Position numbers and translations under genes: made by a program. This document shows positions 1 through 16,100 of a stretch of 64,000 bases of DNA, in pieces. The notes beneath the pieces were generated by a model. That model made no database searches. It had not been told where the DNA came from and worked only from the letters and a program-made list of their open reading frames with translations. Position 1 is the stretch's first letter, and every line of letters starts with the position of its first letter. Source of the DNA: Takakia lepidozioides (lineage: Eukaryota > Plantae > Bryophyta); the NCBI GenBank assembly GCA_030704615.1, contig CM060732.1, positions 46,934,001 to 46,998,000 of the forward strand, written 5' to 3'.

Positions 1-3766
<3,766 letters not shown>

Positions 3767-5789
3767 GAAATAAATTAAAGTGCTCATCTCATGCAGTTTA
3801 ATCAAGGTATCTTGTTCCAATACATAAGCGTATAGGTCTTTAAATTCAGGAAAGCTAACATTTGTCACTCTAGCATTGGCAAGGGGGCTCCAGGCCCAGA
3901 GCACCACCTATATTGTTCATTCGTGAGGGTAATGCTGGGGATCTATGTATACCGTGCAAACTGCTATATATTTGCTAGATTCGTGGTTGATGTAAAAGCG
4001 AGTCAGAGCAATTGAGGTTTGACTGGTCAATGGAATGACATAGTTGGCCAAGACAGGTTTCCAGCATATTCATTGTAAGTGGTCACACCTGCAAAACTGT
4101 TTGGACTCCTTGGAGAGCCAAAAGACACTGCAAAAAGGTATTTGACACCAATGTTGTTGATGTGGAAGGGACAAAGCTTCCTAATGGAGGCCTGTGTCCA
4201 GAGCTCAAAGCAAAGTTTGTCATAAACTTCTCAATTTGTTGATACTTCTCTTTGTGCAAAGTGCGGGCTAAACTTCATAGCATATTTCTGAGAACAAGTT
4301 ATGTTTCAGCGCCTTCAGTGTCATGATTATACACATTCAGCCTCGTTTCAGTTTTAGCTTTTGGGAGAAACGAAGGATGCAAGCTCGCGGGAGATCTTGT
4401 CAATTACAGTCTCCCCTCCTTCGCCAGCCGCATGTGGGTTTTGTATAGGAGAAGGCCTGAGTGGAGGGCCTTCCGCCATTTGAGGGCGGTGGCAGCCCGG
4501 GGCCAGGTCCCAAAAATGGCAGAAGGCCCCACATGCGGGCCGAAGTCCATGGAAGAAGTGGTAAGAAAGTACTTTACAGTTGAACAGACAGGAAGTTCTC
4601 CAAGACGATCAAATATGGCCTCGGAGGATGTTGTTTGGGTATGGAAAACACAAAAAATACCTCAAGATCAGACCCAACAGCAGGCACCTACACATCGCAA
4701 ATGTACTTGGGTCATGACAACCCTCTTCCACAGAAAACAGAGAATTTTCAAACACCTCCCCAAGAGGATAAGCAACATGAACAGACCCATGAGAGAGAAC
4801 CCGACAATCTGACACATGAAAGACATGTTCACTCATTTTGCTTGCTCATGGTCTTTTTCCAAAGATTTGTCCATCTGCAGGGGATCCACAATTACTTGAT
4901 TACATATCTAATTATGTGCAATCTAGTGGGCACATGCGTAAGAAATCAGCCAAGAAGCGATGGTTACAATATCATATACAAGAAGGGGCAGCTGAATATA
5001 ATGAGGTTTGCTCTTCATCTTCATTTCAGGGAGTCTTTTGCAATGGGTCTGTTCATGATAGGTCTATTGTAGTGGTTCCACTGGGTGGGTGGTCTGTTCA
5101 TTTGGGTCTATTGCTACATGTGTTAAATGGTTATGTTCTTGTGGGTCTGTTTCTCTAGGTCTATTCTAGTGGTGTTACAGAGGTCTGTTGCAGTGGGCCT
5201 GTTGCAGTGGGTCTATATGTCTATATGTGGGCAACTTGTGAAGGTTGTCTGACCACTGACAGTGAAGGCTACAACGTTACAACCAGAGAAACCAGATTAT
5301 AGCACAAGCATTATTTCTGTGTAGAGACCAGCTGCCACCTGAACCATGGTTCATATATTGCTGAAAGGTTGCAATGTTTTCTTCCTTGCAGACTTACCAC
5401 CTACTTGAGCACATAACTGACAGAGGAAGAGGAGAGATGGAGGAACATGGAATTCAAAGACAGGTACAGGTAAATACAATGACACAGTTGCATATCTGAT
5501 AGTAAACGTAAATAAGCGTCCCAACATTATTGTGCGATTCAGAAACTATCTTTTTTACAGGCTGGAGTAATGCGATTACAAATGCCCCCTGTTTGCACTG
5601 TAACCAAAGAGGGTCAAATCCTTGTCACACTAAAATGTTCTACTCCTGGCTCGGTTTTTGAGCAGAAACCCTTCACAAAGTTATAGAGGTACGTCAGCAA
5701 TACACAAATGAAGGGAACAATCATTCTCTACTTCTGCCTGCAAGTAAGCTTTGGATTCCATTTTTTATATAGACCATGAACAAACCGGA

Positions 5790-8123
5790 CTATTATACAT
5801 AAGAACAAGAGAGGGAATACTTATGGTGGCAGCAGATATCACTACTGATAATCCACACCCATTACTGAAGCAATCCCCCCAGCAGCCAACTGCAATCCCA
5901 TCTGGCCCATCACACCAGTGTGGGGACCCCCTACTTTGCTGTACTTCACTTCAATTCGCAAACGCTCTCCTCCACAATCTTTTAGACTTCACTCCCAGGG
6001 TAAGCAGGACACAGTTCCAACCACATAGCCCATCTCATTGTCGTGTCCAGTACCAGGGAGGGGAGCAGCGTGGCAAATCACACGCCCATCTTCCCAAACA
6101 GAGTATGCCAAAGGATGCCGAAGGACGCAAGTGCGACACTGCGAAGATCACATCGCCTAGTGTATCTATACAATCCTGAGAGGAGGGATCAGTGTTGCCA
6201 CATCCCTCAACAGTGTAGTCGTTATTGTGTGCTGACGTCGATGAACATCTCTGACAGGGGCTCAACGCACTCATCCCAAGTAACATATTCCCATGTGTAC
6301 TGCACCATACAGCACTCCCATATTTTGTCAGGAAATGAAAACCTGACTTGTATGGCACATACACGTACCTCTCAACTCATCACCTCATCATCAACAAGCT
6401 AAACTTGCATTAAGGCAAAACAACATCCACTTCAATGTCTTTATGCCTGCGGGACAAAAGATGGTACAGCCGAAGTATCCAAGGGCCCACACTTCAAAAC
6501 TCAGTCAGTACTATCTGCAGCTGATTTCCAATGCTGTCAAAAAAGGGCATGTTAAGTGAAGTTGCTCACTGAAAACCAAGTGACCACGATAAGGGGTGAA
6601 GCAGTTCACCTGTAGGAAGATGGTCATCTCAAGCTCATCACCTTCAAAGCCCTCCTTCACAGCACAGCGCCTCCCATCTGTGCAGCACTGAAGGCCTCCC
6701 AGATAACTTTCTGATAAAGGATCTCCTTTGCGGTCCACAGTCGCATTGTAAAGATCACACCTACAAGTCCTCCCAAATTAGAACAACCATATAACATGTA
6801 GCAAGTACCCAGTACACATTCATAATATGACGTGCTGATCTTTATGCAAGGAATGAGATGAGTAGTATATCTCACCCCAAATCCAGAAACTGACTGTGTC
6901 ATAGCCTCTAATTCGGGTGTAATAATAAACACAATTGGATTGTTCAGGCACCACAGACCTCGTGGCAATACACCGATCCACAGATTCTTCTCTATTTCTA
7001 CCTTCCATTGTTATAGGGTTAACACGGCACATGATTACTTTGATAGTCACTACTTCCGAGCTATCTGTGATGTCACAAGCAAATTTGATATCACTCTACA
7101 GTATAGTTTGGTAAGCTTGCCCACACTCTTTCTTCCCCGTGCCTTTAATCTCTCGTCAGTGTTTCACAGCACATTAATAAAACAGACATGTGTATCCACC
7201 TGCCACAAGCTAGGGGGCTGGAGGAGCAGTGCTGGAATCGATCTCATGCTTTTAAATTAAGACGTCAACATCAGCCCTTAAATTTACCACTCAGCTCCCT
7301 GCAAAGGATTGTTGTCGGCTACAGCTAAGGGCAATGTCAATGGAAATTATGGGCTAAGTAAACCTGGTGGGCTGAAGCTTTTCGGAAGGCTTTCAGTATC
7401 TGGCGGGGAGGAGGCCCTTACATTCTGTCTTTCTGTGGAGAACTTCCTCAAAACAGGTGTAAAAGATTTCAGAGAAGAGTAGAAGAGAACCAACCGACAC
7501 TCAAAGCACCCCACTTTGTTGAGGGCGCCCCGTGTGTCAAGGCCGTGGACATTAACCATCCATATCGGCTCATAACCCTCAGCCAGCTTGGAGCCTTGGA
7601 AGGAGCTCCAGTCTCTCTTGCAAAGGGCGCGGGAATTCTTGACTTGGTGCCCCTGGTCTCCGCACCAGCACCCCAGAACTGCATCACCCCCGGTCTATCT
7701 GCGGAGCTTTGACAGGCCAGTGCCAGCAGCTTCCAATGAGGCAGCGTGTGAGGTGGAGTGGTAGTGTGAAATGAACTTCTTCTCCATAGATTTCACATCG
7801 TTGCTCGGGTAGAGAGAACTCATACATGACCCAGTGGTGCAGGTACACATCGCTCACAGGCACAGACACGCCCTCTCGTCCGCATAGAAGTCCCTAATTC
7901 CCAGATGGCCCTTCGGAGCATCCACCACGAAGTATTTGTTCCTCACGTCCCCAGGACGGAACGTCAATGGAGGAGACAAGAACGATTTCTTCTGCAGCCC
8001 ACTAGCCTGCAGCGATTTACAAGCACTACCTCCCTCCTGGACAAATATTCCCCGCGCTGCAGCACCTCCCCCTAGCGCACACAGCAGCGCCACCACCATC
8101 CACAGCTTCGCTATGCACTCCAT
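5790..8123 (-). pseudogene. SURNod19 (stress up-regulated Nod19)-like gene, multi-exon, frameshifted
   Basis: Signal-peptide-like start at ATG 8123; family-like motifs FLSPPLTFRPGDVRNK, YLHHWV, QFWGAGAETRGT, WMVNVHGLDTRG...GCFECR, YLGGLQCCTDG; motifs fall in different frames near 7870 and 7600; lower boundary approximate. Confidence 0.8.
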
Positions 8124-8126
8124 CAC

Positions 8127-8405
8127 GAAAACCACTGCCGTGTGGTCGGGCTAGGGATTGAACCTAGGACTTCCCCCATTCCGGTGGGGTGCTCTACCAC
8201 TGAGCTACCCGTCCCGTTCTGTTGTCAAAGTGTTCTGTTGTCAAAGTGTCGTGCAAGGGCTATAACCTTCACACTCCAACACTCCCATAGCCCTTAATTA
8301 AAGCCCACCCATTCTGACCACCGCCCCAACCTTGGCTCTAATACCATGTTGGAAAACCACTGGCGTGTGGTCGGGCTAGGGATTGAACCTAGGACCTCCC
8401 CCATT
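8127..8405 (-). mobile_element. Miniature LTR retroelement (TRIM): 5' LTR remnant 8347-8405, internal 8282-8346, 3' LTR 8127-8281
   Basis: On the minus strand: ...TTTTCCAACA, then TGGTATTAGAGCC (iMet-type PBS), 65 bp internal region ending in purine-rich AAGGGCTATGGGAG, then TGTTGGA; 54-bp direct repeat 8127-8180 vs 8352-8405. Confidence 0.8.
8143..8214 (-). ncRNA. tRNA-derived cloverleaf with Pol III A and B boxes inside the TRIM LTR (not a canonical tRNA)
   Basis: GGACGGG TA GCTC AGTGGTA GAGC A CCCCA CCGGAAT GGGGG AAGTC CTAGG TTCAATC CCTAG CCCGACC A; D and T arms intact, mismatches in acceptor and anticodon stems, no U33. Confidence 0.75.
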
Positions 8406-10205
8406 ATTGGAATCTCACTATCTAGCATAAAGTAGTCAATGCATAATGATCAAGACAAAGCAAAAGTTATGGAAGCAAACAAAGCCTTTAGTACTTAGAG
8501 AGCCCCAATCTTTGCGATGCACTGGTATATCTACCCATCGTCAAAAGAAAAAACCATCAAGATACATGCACGCCACCATAGGCAATAGTAGGTCATGATC
8601 AGGGGAAAAACGGGGGAAAACCGAAATTCAAAAGTTATAGGCACACTAGTGCCACGTAGAACTATGTGCTATATTCTAACATCTTGTGAACAAACCCTCA
8701 TGTAACTATTCTACTGTTTCAATATATCTGTAACACTCCCACTTAGTATAATAGTTCATGACTTCTGTAGACAATCACCAACTGTCACCTCCCACTTCAT
8801 GTACTATTCGCTGTCTGGAGGAATCAAACGCAGGAGCTGGCGGAATCGCAGAAACTTATCATATGCAAGTGACTTCGTAAAGATGTCAGCAACTTGATCA
8901 CGAGTACCAATGTAGGTCAAGAGAATGTATCCGCGCTGATGAAACTCCCGAAGCAAGTGATATTGAATATCAATATGCTTGGTACGGCGATGATACTCTG
9001 GATTGATGACCAACCGAATCGCGCTTTGATTATCACTATAAAGAATCGTGGGCGTAGTCTGTGCATGCCCAATATCTGCAAGAAGCCGTCTAACCCAAAC
9101 AATTTCCTTAGTAGCAAGACATGCCGCTATGTACTTTGACTCCGTCGTAGATGTTGTTGTACAAGTCTGTTTACGGCTAATCCATATGACTGGACCATTG
9201 TTGAGGTATAGAACACAGCCACTTCGAGACTACGATCCTATAAGTCCCCAACAAAATCTGCATCAGCAAAAGCCTTCAGAGTATTCTGTTCATCACCTCC
9301 TGAGTATTCAAGACTATAATGTGCAGTACCGCGAAGATATCGCAAAATGCGCTTGATGGCTGTGCAATGAATCTGTCTTGGATTCTGAGAGAACTTCGAT
9401 GCCATACTAACAGCATATGATAGGTCAGGTCTGAACCCTATCATGGCAAACATAACACTTCCCAAAATCTCTTGATAAGGAAAGTCTGGGTCTGGAAAAT
9501 CTTCGTGTGTACCCAGGGGTGTACAAAGCTGTACATTAGGATCTGAGGGTGTCAAAACGGGATTGCAATTATCAAAACCAAACTTCTTCATAATGAAGAA
9601 AATGTAGCGAGTTTGGTCAATCCACAAAATTCGTAAAGCTCTGTTTTGGGAGATCCACAAGCCAACGTAGCAATCAGCTGGTCCAACTGTCACCTCGAAC
9701 ACTTTCTTCAGATGATCAATAACACCATGAAGCTTAGGGTATCAGTACATCCTCCCAAACCATCATCTACATAAATGGCAAGTATCATCTGTGAAGGAGA
9801 AGCATTGTAGTAGATACAAGGATCAGCTGTGCTGGCTGTCAAATTGAATTGTGCAAGGAACTCATGAAATTTGACATTCCACATGCGTGAAGCTTGGCGC
9901 AATCCATATATGCTCTTCAGGAGTTTGCAGACGTGTGCTTCTTGCCCTGGGACGATAAAACCCTTAGGTTGCACCATATAAATTTCTTCATCCAAGTTAC
10001 CATGGAGAAAAGTTGTCTTAATATCAAATTGAAGTAGTTCCATGTCCTGAGCTGTAGCTATGGCCAAGAATGTCCTGATAGACTCAAATTTCACAACTGG
10101 CGCATACGTCTCTTGATAATCAACGGCATATTCCTGTGTAAATCCTTTTGCGACTAATCTGGCCTTAAATCGCTGGATGCCACCATCTGTGTGCCTCACT
10201 TTCTG
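8405..10205 (-). mobile_element. Ty1/Copia remnant: RT and RNase H (degenerate), PPT, 3' LTR about 8405-8735
   Basis: RFKARLVAKGFTQ, DIKTTFLHG, LLKSIYGLRQA, YVDD, ADADF, RTKHIDIQYH, QVADIFTK; GTGGGAG then TGTTAC at 8735; LTR ends CCAATA at 8405, abutting the TRIM LTR remnant. Confidence 0.9.
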
Positions 10206-11059
10206 ATTGCTGGGTTGCATTCTTCGACCGCCAACCTTTGACAGGAAAGTGTGCTCCATCTTCCTCATCTTCTACTGGTTCCCTTGATGCTTTACCTCGT
10301 ATGTCTTCCTCCTCATGTTTTAGCAGCAGCTCCCATGCTTGAATTGCTACTTTTCCTCATAGTTGATCTTGTGCTTTCTTTTTTCTCTGTAGCTTTATCA
10401 ACTGTTTTGTCTTGGCAGCTCCATTGCCATGAGTGTCTTGTCTCACTGCATCTCCCTTGGCTGCCCACCATCCGTGGAGTCTTTCTTGCACTATTCTGAC
10501 CCTCGTTGGCATGCACTTTGCTGCGATGCCCCACATGTATTTGCTGCTCCATTTAATCATCAACATAGTGCTCCAGAGCCAGTTCCTCATTGTTGACGAG
10601 TTGACCTTCTCAGCCCTTGGACCCCATTCTCCCTTCTCCCATGTTGCATCGTCTTTCTGCTTCATCATTTGCTTTACTTGCACGATGTTGCTTCTTCCCT
10701 ACAACTCATCATGTGTTGTGGCTATTTCCCATGTTGCACTCACTCCCATCACACGTTGTGCAGTTGATAAGAATGAGATGAGTTGATGCAGGATAGGGGG
10801 AGGGCTTGCTGGTATATGTTGTCCGATAGGCCCCACGCACAGAGTCAAAGCTGGAAGTCAGCCTTGCAAGGACCCAAGTGAGAGAAGTCTGGTGGGGGTA
10901 GCATCTTGGGGGATGGCAGTTTATGGCAATGTGTGTCTAGGGCAATATATGTCATAGCAGCAGGTGATATGCTGCCAATTTTGAGAATAGAGACAACCTG
11001 CAAGCTGTAGATTTGTATCAGTGGTTTCTTCTGACACATATTGCTCCCAGTTTGCCACA

Positions 11060-11183
11060 ACCAGTTTTGTTTGCGTTTGTAGTGCATGTGCGAGCCTGCT
11101 GGGGAAGGGCAAAGAGGTCCATGGTTGCATCGTCAAAGCTGGAATTGTGGCAGATGTCATTCTGAACAATACCCTTGTGGACA
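11060..11183 (+). pseudogene. PLS-class pentatricopeptide repeat fragment
   Basis: SFVCVCSACASLLGKGKEVHGCIVKAGIVADVILNNTLVD resembles a PPR L/S motif; isolated. Confidence 0.6.
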
Positions 11184-11231
11184 GGGAGTGTTCAACAATA
11201 TGGCTGAGCGAAGGATAGGGTGTAATGACTG

Positions 11232-12310
11232 CTAATGAAGGTACCTTCTTCAATTTCACCTTGTTTTCCCCTCTTATCAGAATCACCCCTACTTATTCAT
11301 GTCTGAATTCTACAAGTTAGCTGGTTGAGTGAAGCTTTGATAGTTTGGAGTGACTTTGACATGATTCTGCCAATGTGACAACAGGAAAGTATCAGAAACA
11401 GGTAACACAGACGAGGAGAAGTTGTGGAATGAATACTTTTCTGACCCCAGTCAATGGTGGGACAATCGAGGCAAGAAGGTGAATGTTTGTTGGATTATAG
11501 AGAGTAGCAGATGCAATTGAGCGTAGGAACTAGTGTGATAAGTTGAGTTGGGTGCTTCCTAGAACAAGTCTAGGGTGTCATCGTCAACTGCTAGCAACAA
11601 GGCAAGGTTGTATGCATGATTCATGCGAGGCATGGATAGCTAAAGGAGCAAGGATAGAGTGTGGGTGTAGATTCACCCAAGAGGGCCGGACTTCAAGCTC
11701 CAGATTAACTATGAAGCTACAAGAAACCTGCATGGGTTGATGGTCAACTGGCAGCAACGGCACAATTGATAAAATCAGACATTGTTAATGAAGGCATCTT
11801 CTTCAGCACAATTCACCTTGTTTTTCCCTCTTATCAGAATCGGCCCAAAATTTCCATGTTGAATTTTGCAAGTTAGCTGGTTGAGTGAATCTAGTTTGGA
11901 GTGACTTTGACATGATACTGCTATGTGACAACAAGAAAGTATCAAAAAACAAGTAACAGACATGAGGAGAAGCTGTGGAATGAATACTTTTCTGCCCCTA
12001 GTCAATGATGGGACAACCGAGGCAAAAAGATGAATGCCTACTACATTTCAGAGAGTAGCAGACGCAATTGAGCATAGGAACCAGTGTGATAAGCTGAGTT
12101 GGGTGTTTCCTAGAACAAATGTAGGTTGTCATGTCAGCTACTAGCAGCAAGGCAAGGATGAATGCATGATTTGTGCAGGGGCATGGATAGCTGAAGGAGC
12201 AGGGATAGAGTGTGGTCCAGATTTATCCTAGAGGGCCAAATTTCAAGCACAAGATTACCTATGATTCCCTGTGGATCAATAACTACAAGAAACCTCCATG
12301 GGTAGATGGT
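11232..12310 (+). repeat. About 550-bp diverged tandem duplication, each copy with an OSB/PDF-motif-like exon remnant
   Basis: 11232-11760 aligns with 11786-12310; copy 1 encodes EEKLWNEYFSDPSQWWDNRGKK (11413-11478) followed by GT; copy 2 has a stop in the WW pair. Confidence 0.65.
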
Positions 12311-13145
12311 CTATTCCGTGGAACTCACTGAAGTCTTGCATTATGAGGATCAGAACTGCTTGGCAGCTTACTTGCACGAGGCCTTGACCCTTAGGCAATC
12401 CCCAGAGCAGTAGTAGCTTTTGGGCTGCTTTTTTACTTTGTGTTTTTCATTTTGTCCCATAAGCTCTTTGAGCTTTCCGCAGATGTAATAAAGTACCATT
12501 TTGTTTCATTTCATTCATTTTCATTTCATTTTGTTTCATGGCATGTCTTTCATCGTTTGTGCATTTCTAATGCATGATTAGTTCCCTTGTATGGCATTAT
12601 TAGTCGACTCACTACAAACACCAAAACTCCAAAGCATGAATCACTATGAATGATTGTTCAAGTAATTTCGAGCATTTCATGTAAAGTAGTAAAGCAGTGG
12701 TTGCGCCAACTTCCGCAGTCGCAATTGCCACTGGGCATGTAGCATTGCAAGTTATGTCGTCTACTACCACGTGGCAGCAGTGCTGCTCGTCGTGGCGCCG
12801 CCACGTCGGCGTCCACATCGTCGTCCACGTCCGCGTCCATGTGTCACCGCGCTTCGGTGAGTCGGTCCACTCATCCGGAGGGAAAAATCAAAGTCAGCCC
12901 AAAAGGTCAGACACACGGGCGGCCCGCCTGGTTACGCACGTGGTTCTTCAACATTAATCGCATTAATCGTTGAGCAGTTGTTCGCGCGTCTGCGTCCTTT
13001 ACCACTCCAATCATTGGATGTCCAACCCAACTACCACGTCTGTTGTAACTAGTCGTTTGTAACTTCCAGTCGATCCCAATTTTTTGACTTTTACGACTCA
13101 AAATGAGTCGTTACCCCAGTGGTAAATGACATGAATGCTTCTAGT

Positions 13146-16100
13146 GTGGCCCAGCCGGGAGGAGGTATAGGCCACTGCGAGTCTTGTTGGACTCGGGAGC
13201 ACAGCCATTGATGTTGGGAAGAGCAACAATTGCAGGCTTGGGCCTTACAAAGGCGCATTTGGAGCCTTCCCTTTCCAAATTCAAACATCTTTGGGCGGTT
13301 CAGAGAAGGCACGAGGGATTACATGCCATGAGCTCTTCATTCGATTACAGCCGGATCATCCTACGGACGGCTCAGTCATGAGAGCTAAAGCCATTGTTAC
13401 GGACGCGATGTCTTATGATGTGCTTGTTGGTGGGGCGGTGTTATACCCCATGGGATTCACTCTGGATTTTTGGGAGGAAACGACATCCTACAGGCCGGAA
13501 TGGCAGTCAGGAGATGGCCGACGTGCACTGCTCCCAATGCGGTTTATTGGGAATGTAGCGGTGGATCATAGGAACATGATGTCCACATTGGCTGCATTCT
13601 CAGGGGTGGTGGCTTGGGGTGGTGAGCTCTTGGGGGGAAATAGCCATGCAAATGATAGGCCATCACCTGATGATGACAAACAATTGGCATACAAGGCTGA
13701 TTTGCTTCCTCATGTGTCTGTGCATAGTCCACTGTGGGGTACGGTTGGGAATTTGCATCGAGTAGCAGGCGAGTGTGTGCACCAAGCATGGCAGGAGGCC
13801 TTTCCATTGGTGAGTGAGGGGAGTTCAGTGACATCACCTGGACCTCCTGAGTTAGCTCCTTTGGACACAGTGCCCATTATCTGGCAACCACCTGACTCAG
13901 GGATTTGCTTGCTAGACTTGTTTGGCGGCATGAGCACTGGGCTTGCAGGAGTATTGCAAGCAGGGATTAAAGTACGCAAGTACTTGTATGTGGAGAAGGA
14001 TGAGATAGCTCGACGTATTTCTATGCGCCACATCGCCTTGCTCACACACCAATATCCTGAGTTGTTGCCTCTCTCAGCAGTTCAAGGGTATCAAAAGGCC
14101 TTGTCAGCAGACATTACCTTGCAGGGGGCGGATGATTTGGACCGGCATGGTTCCATTGACTTGGTGAGAGCTGGATGGCCTTGCCAAGAACACTCTCCTG
14201 CAGGTCATGGGAATGGCTTGCATGATGCACGATCGCATTTGTTTTGGGAGATGTTGCGATTGTTGCGTGACTTGCAGGTGAGGCAAGTGCAACCTCCAGC
14301 TTACATCCTGGAGAATGTGCCTCTCATGGGGGATTCTTGGGCCAAGGTTATGACCAGTGTGCATTAGATCCGGTCATGGATTGGACCAGCTGTATTGTTG
14401 GATGCAGCTGCAGTGGGTTCACAGGCACATAGGCCTAGGTTGTGGTGGACCAATCTTGCACCACCAGAGTTGCTCAAGAGAGCCTATGATTCCATTCAAC
14501 GGCCACCCAACCTCACGGTTGAGGGCATTTTGGACCAAGGAAGGCAACCACAGAGGGTGCGACATGATGACCGTCCACCTCTAGCAGTGGTAAATCGAGT
14601 GGGGCAGCCACGTGCAGCCTTGCCTTTGCTCATGAGCTTTCCCTCATCTCATGCTTTTAGAGACAATGGTCCTGGGTTGATTGGGACAGTGTGCATTGGT
14701 GGAGCCCAATGCGGATGAGCGAGAGCGGGCAATGGGATTTGCCACGGGCACTACAGCTATGCCAGCTCTGTCAGAGGCATCACGACGCCAGGTGTTGGGT
14801 CAGGCCATGGATCTCAATTGCTTGACATGGGTCATTGGCTTGTGCATGGCTGAGCAACAGAGATTGCAAGCATTAGCGGCTACTTCTGCACTTCCATTGG
14901 ATATTGCACCATCTCTGCCAACCGGGACGGTGGAGGCAGTGAGTGGGGGCGAGCACAGGATCATGGGGTGCAAACACCCATGGCAGATGTGGGATGAGAT
15001 GCGCAAAGAGAGAGTCATTGGATCTCTCAAGCAGCAGTATGAGGAGTGGGGAGAGCCATGGACTGAGGATCAGTTGGAGGCCAAGGTGACCAAGGTTTTT
15101 GAAGAGGTTGAGAATGTTTCTTGCTCAGATGATGTTCTCAAGGTGGCTATGGCGGAGCAAGTGGAGGCTACGCCATAGTCAGATTGGGCGGACAAGGCCC
15201 AAGAGGTTGCTATCTAGCAACCAAAGGATTTGTCTCCTACCTCCAAGCCTGGTGTACCTAAGGTTGCAGTCACTGAGGACAATTGGGAGCCAGATGTTGG
15301 ACCTACAATCACCAGAGGAGAGAAACGGAGGATCCAGCGATTTCTAAGGGCTTATAGAAATTGCTTTGCCTTCAGTTTGAAGGGTCAGGAGATTCGTATT
15401 GATTTGGCAAGTGACACGCCAATCTTTCGAAGGCCCTATAGGTATAGTGATATGGAAAGGTCTTTGATCCAGTCATGGGCTATGGAGTTGTTCGAAGCTG
15501 GATTGGTGGAGTTGTCAGGCGGGGAGTATGCCTCGGCAACGGTGATGCCAGCTAAGAAGGATATCTATGGCAATTGGACAGAAAGGAGGATGTGTGGGGA
15601 TTACCGTCCTCTGAACCGTTAGACTAAGTCCGATAGATATGCCATGCCAACTCCAGAGGAGATCTTTGATGCCATTGGGCATGCAAAGGTGTTTAGCACA
15701 TTGGACTTGCGATCCGGTTATCACCAGTTGCCAATCAAAGAGGCTGACAAGCAAAAGACGGCATTCTGGGGGATTTACCAACATGGGAAGGATTGCTTGT
15801 ACCAATGGCGGTTCCTACCGTTTGGGTTGAAGAATGCTCCTGTAGAGTTTCAGAGGGTTTGGATAGGATTCTTGCAGGGCTAGACTTCGCCCGGTGCTAC
15901 ATTGATGATATCATCATCTTTAGTGCCTCGGTTGAGGAGCATGAGAAACACCTTAAGGTGGTGTTTGAGCGTTTGAGGGCGCATGGATTGAAACTGCACC
16001 CTGGAAAGTGCAAGTTCTTCCACGATCAGATTGAGTATTTGGGCCACATGATATACCCTGGAGGATTGGGTATTCAAAAGACGAAGGTGGAGTCCAATTG
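13146..16100 (+). mobile_element. E1: internal fragment of DNMT-Gypsy retroelement (PR-DNMT-RT), same subfamily as E3
   Basis: LDSGAQP, LDLFGGMSTG, GWPCQEHS, ILENVP, HRPRLWWTN, TAGCAACCA at 15215, YIDD; closely similar to 38560-41530; many stops and frameshifts; no termini. Confidence 0.92.

Noticed and set aside
4432-5220. Short ORFs, a 16-bp inverted repeat (4466-4481 / 4514-4529) and GGGTCTGTT repeats
   Set aside because: No recognisable domain, termini or TSD; possibly a decayed element but unsupported
8143-8214. Functional tRNA gene
   Set aside because: Stem mismatches, no U33, and it is embedded in an LTR that is partly duplicated at 8352-8405
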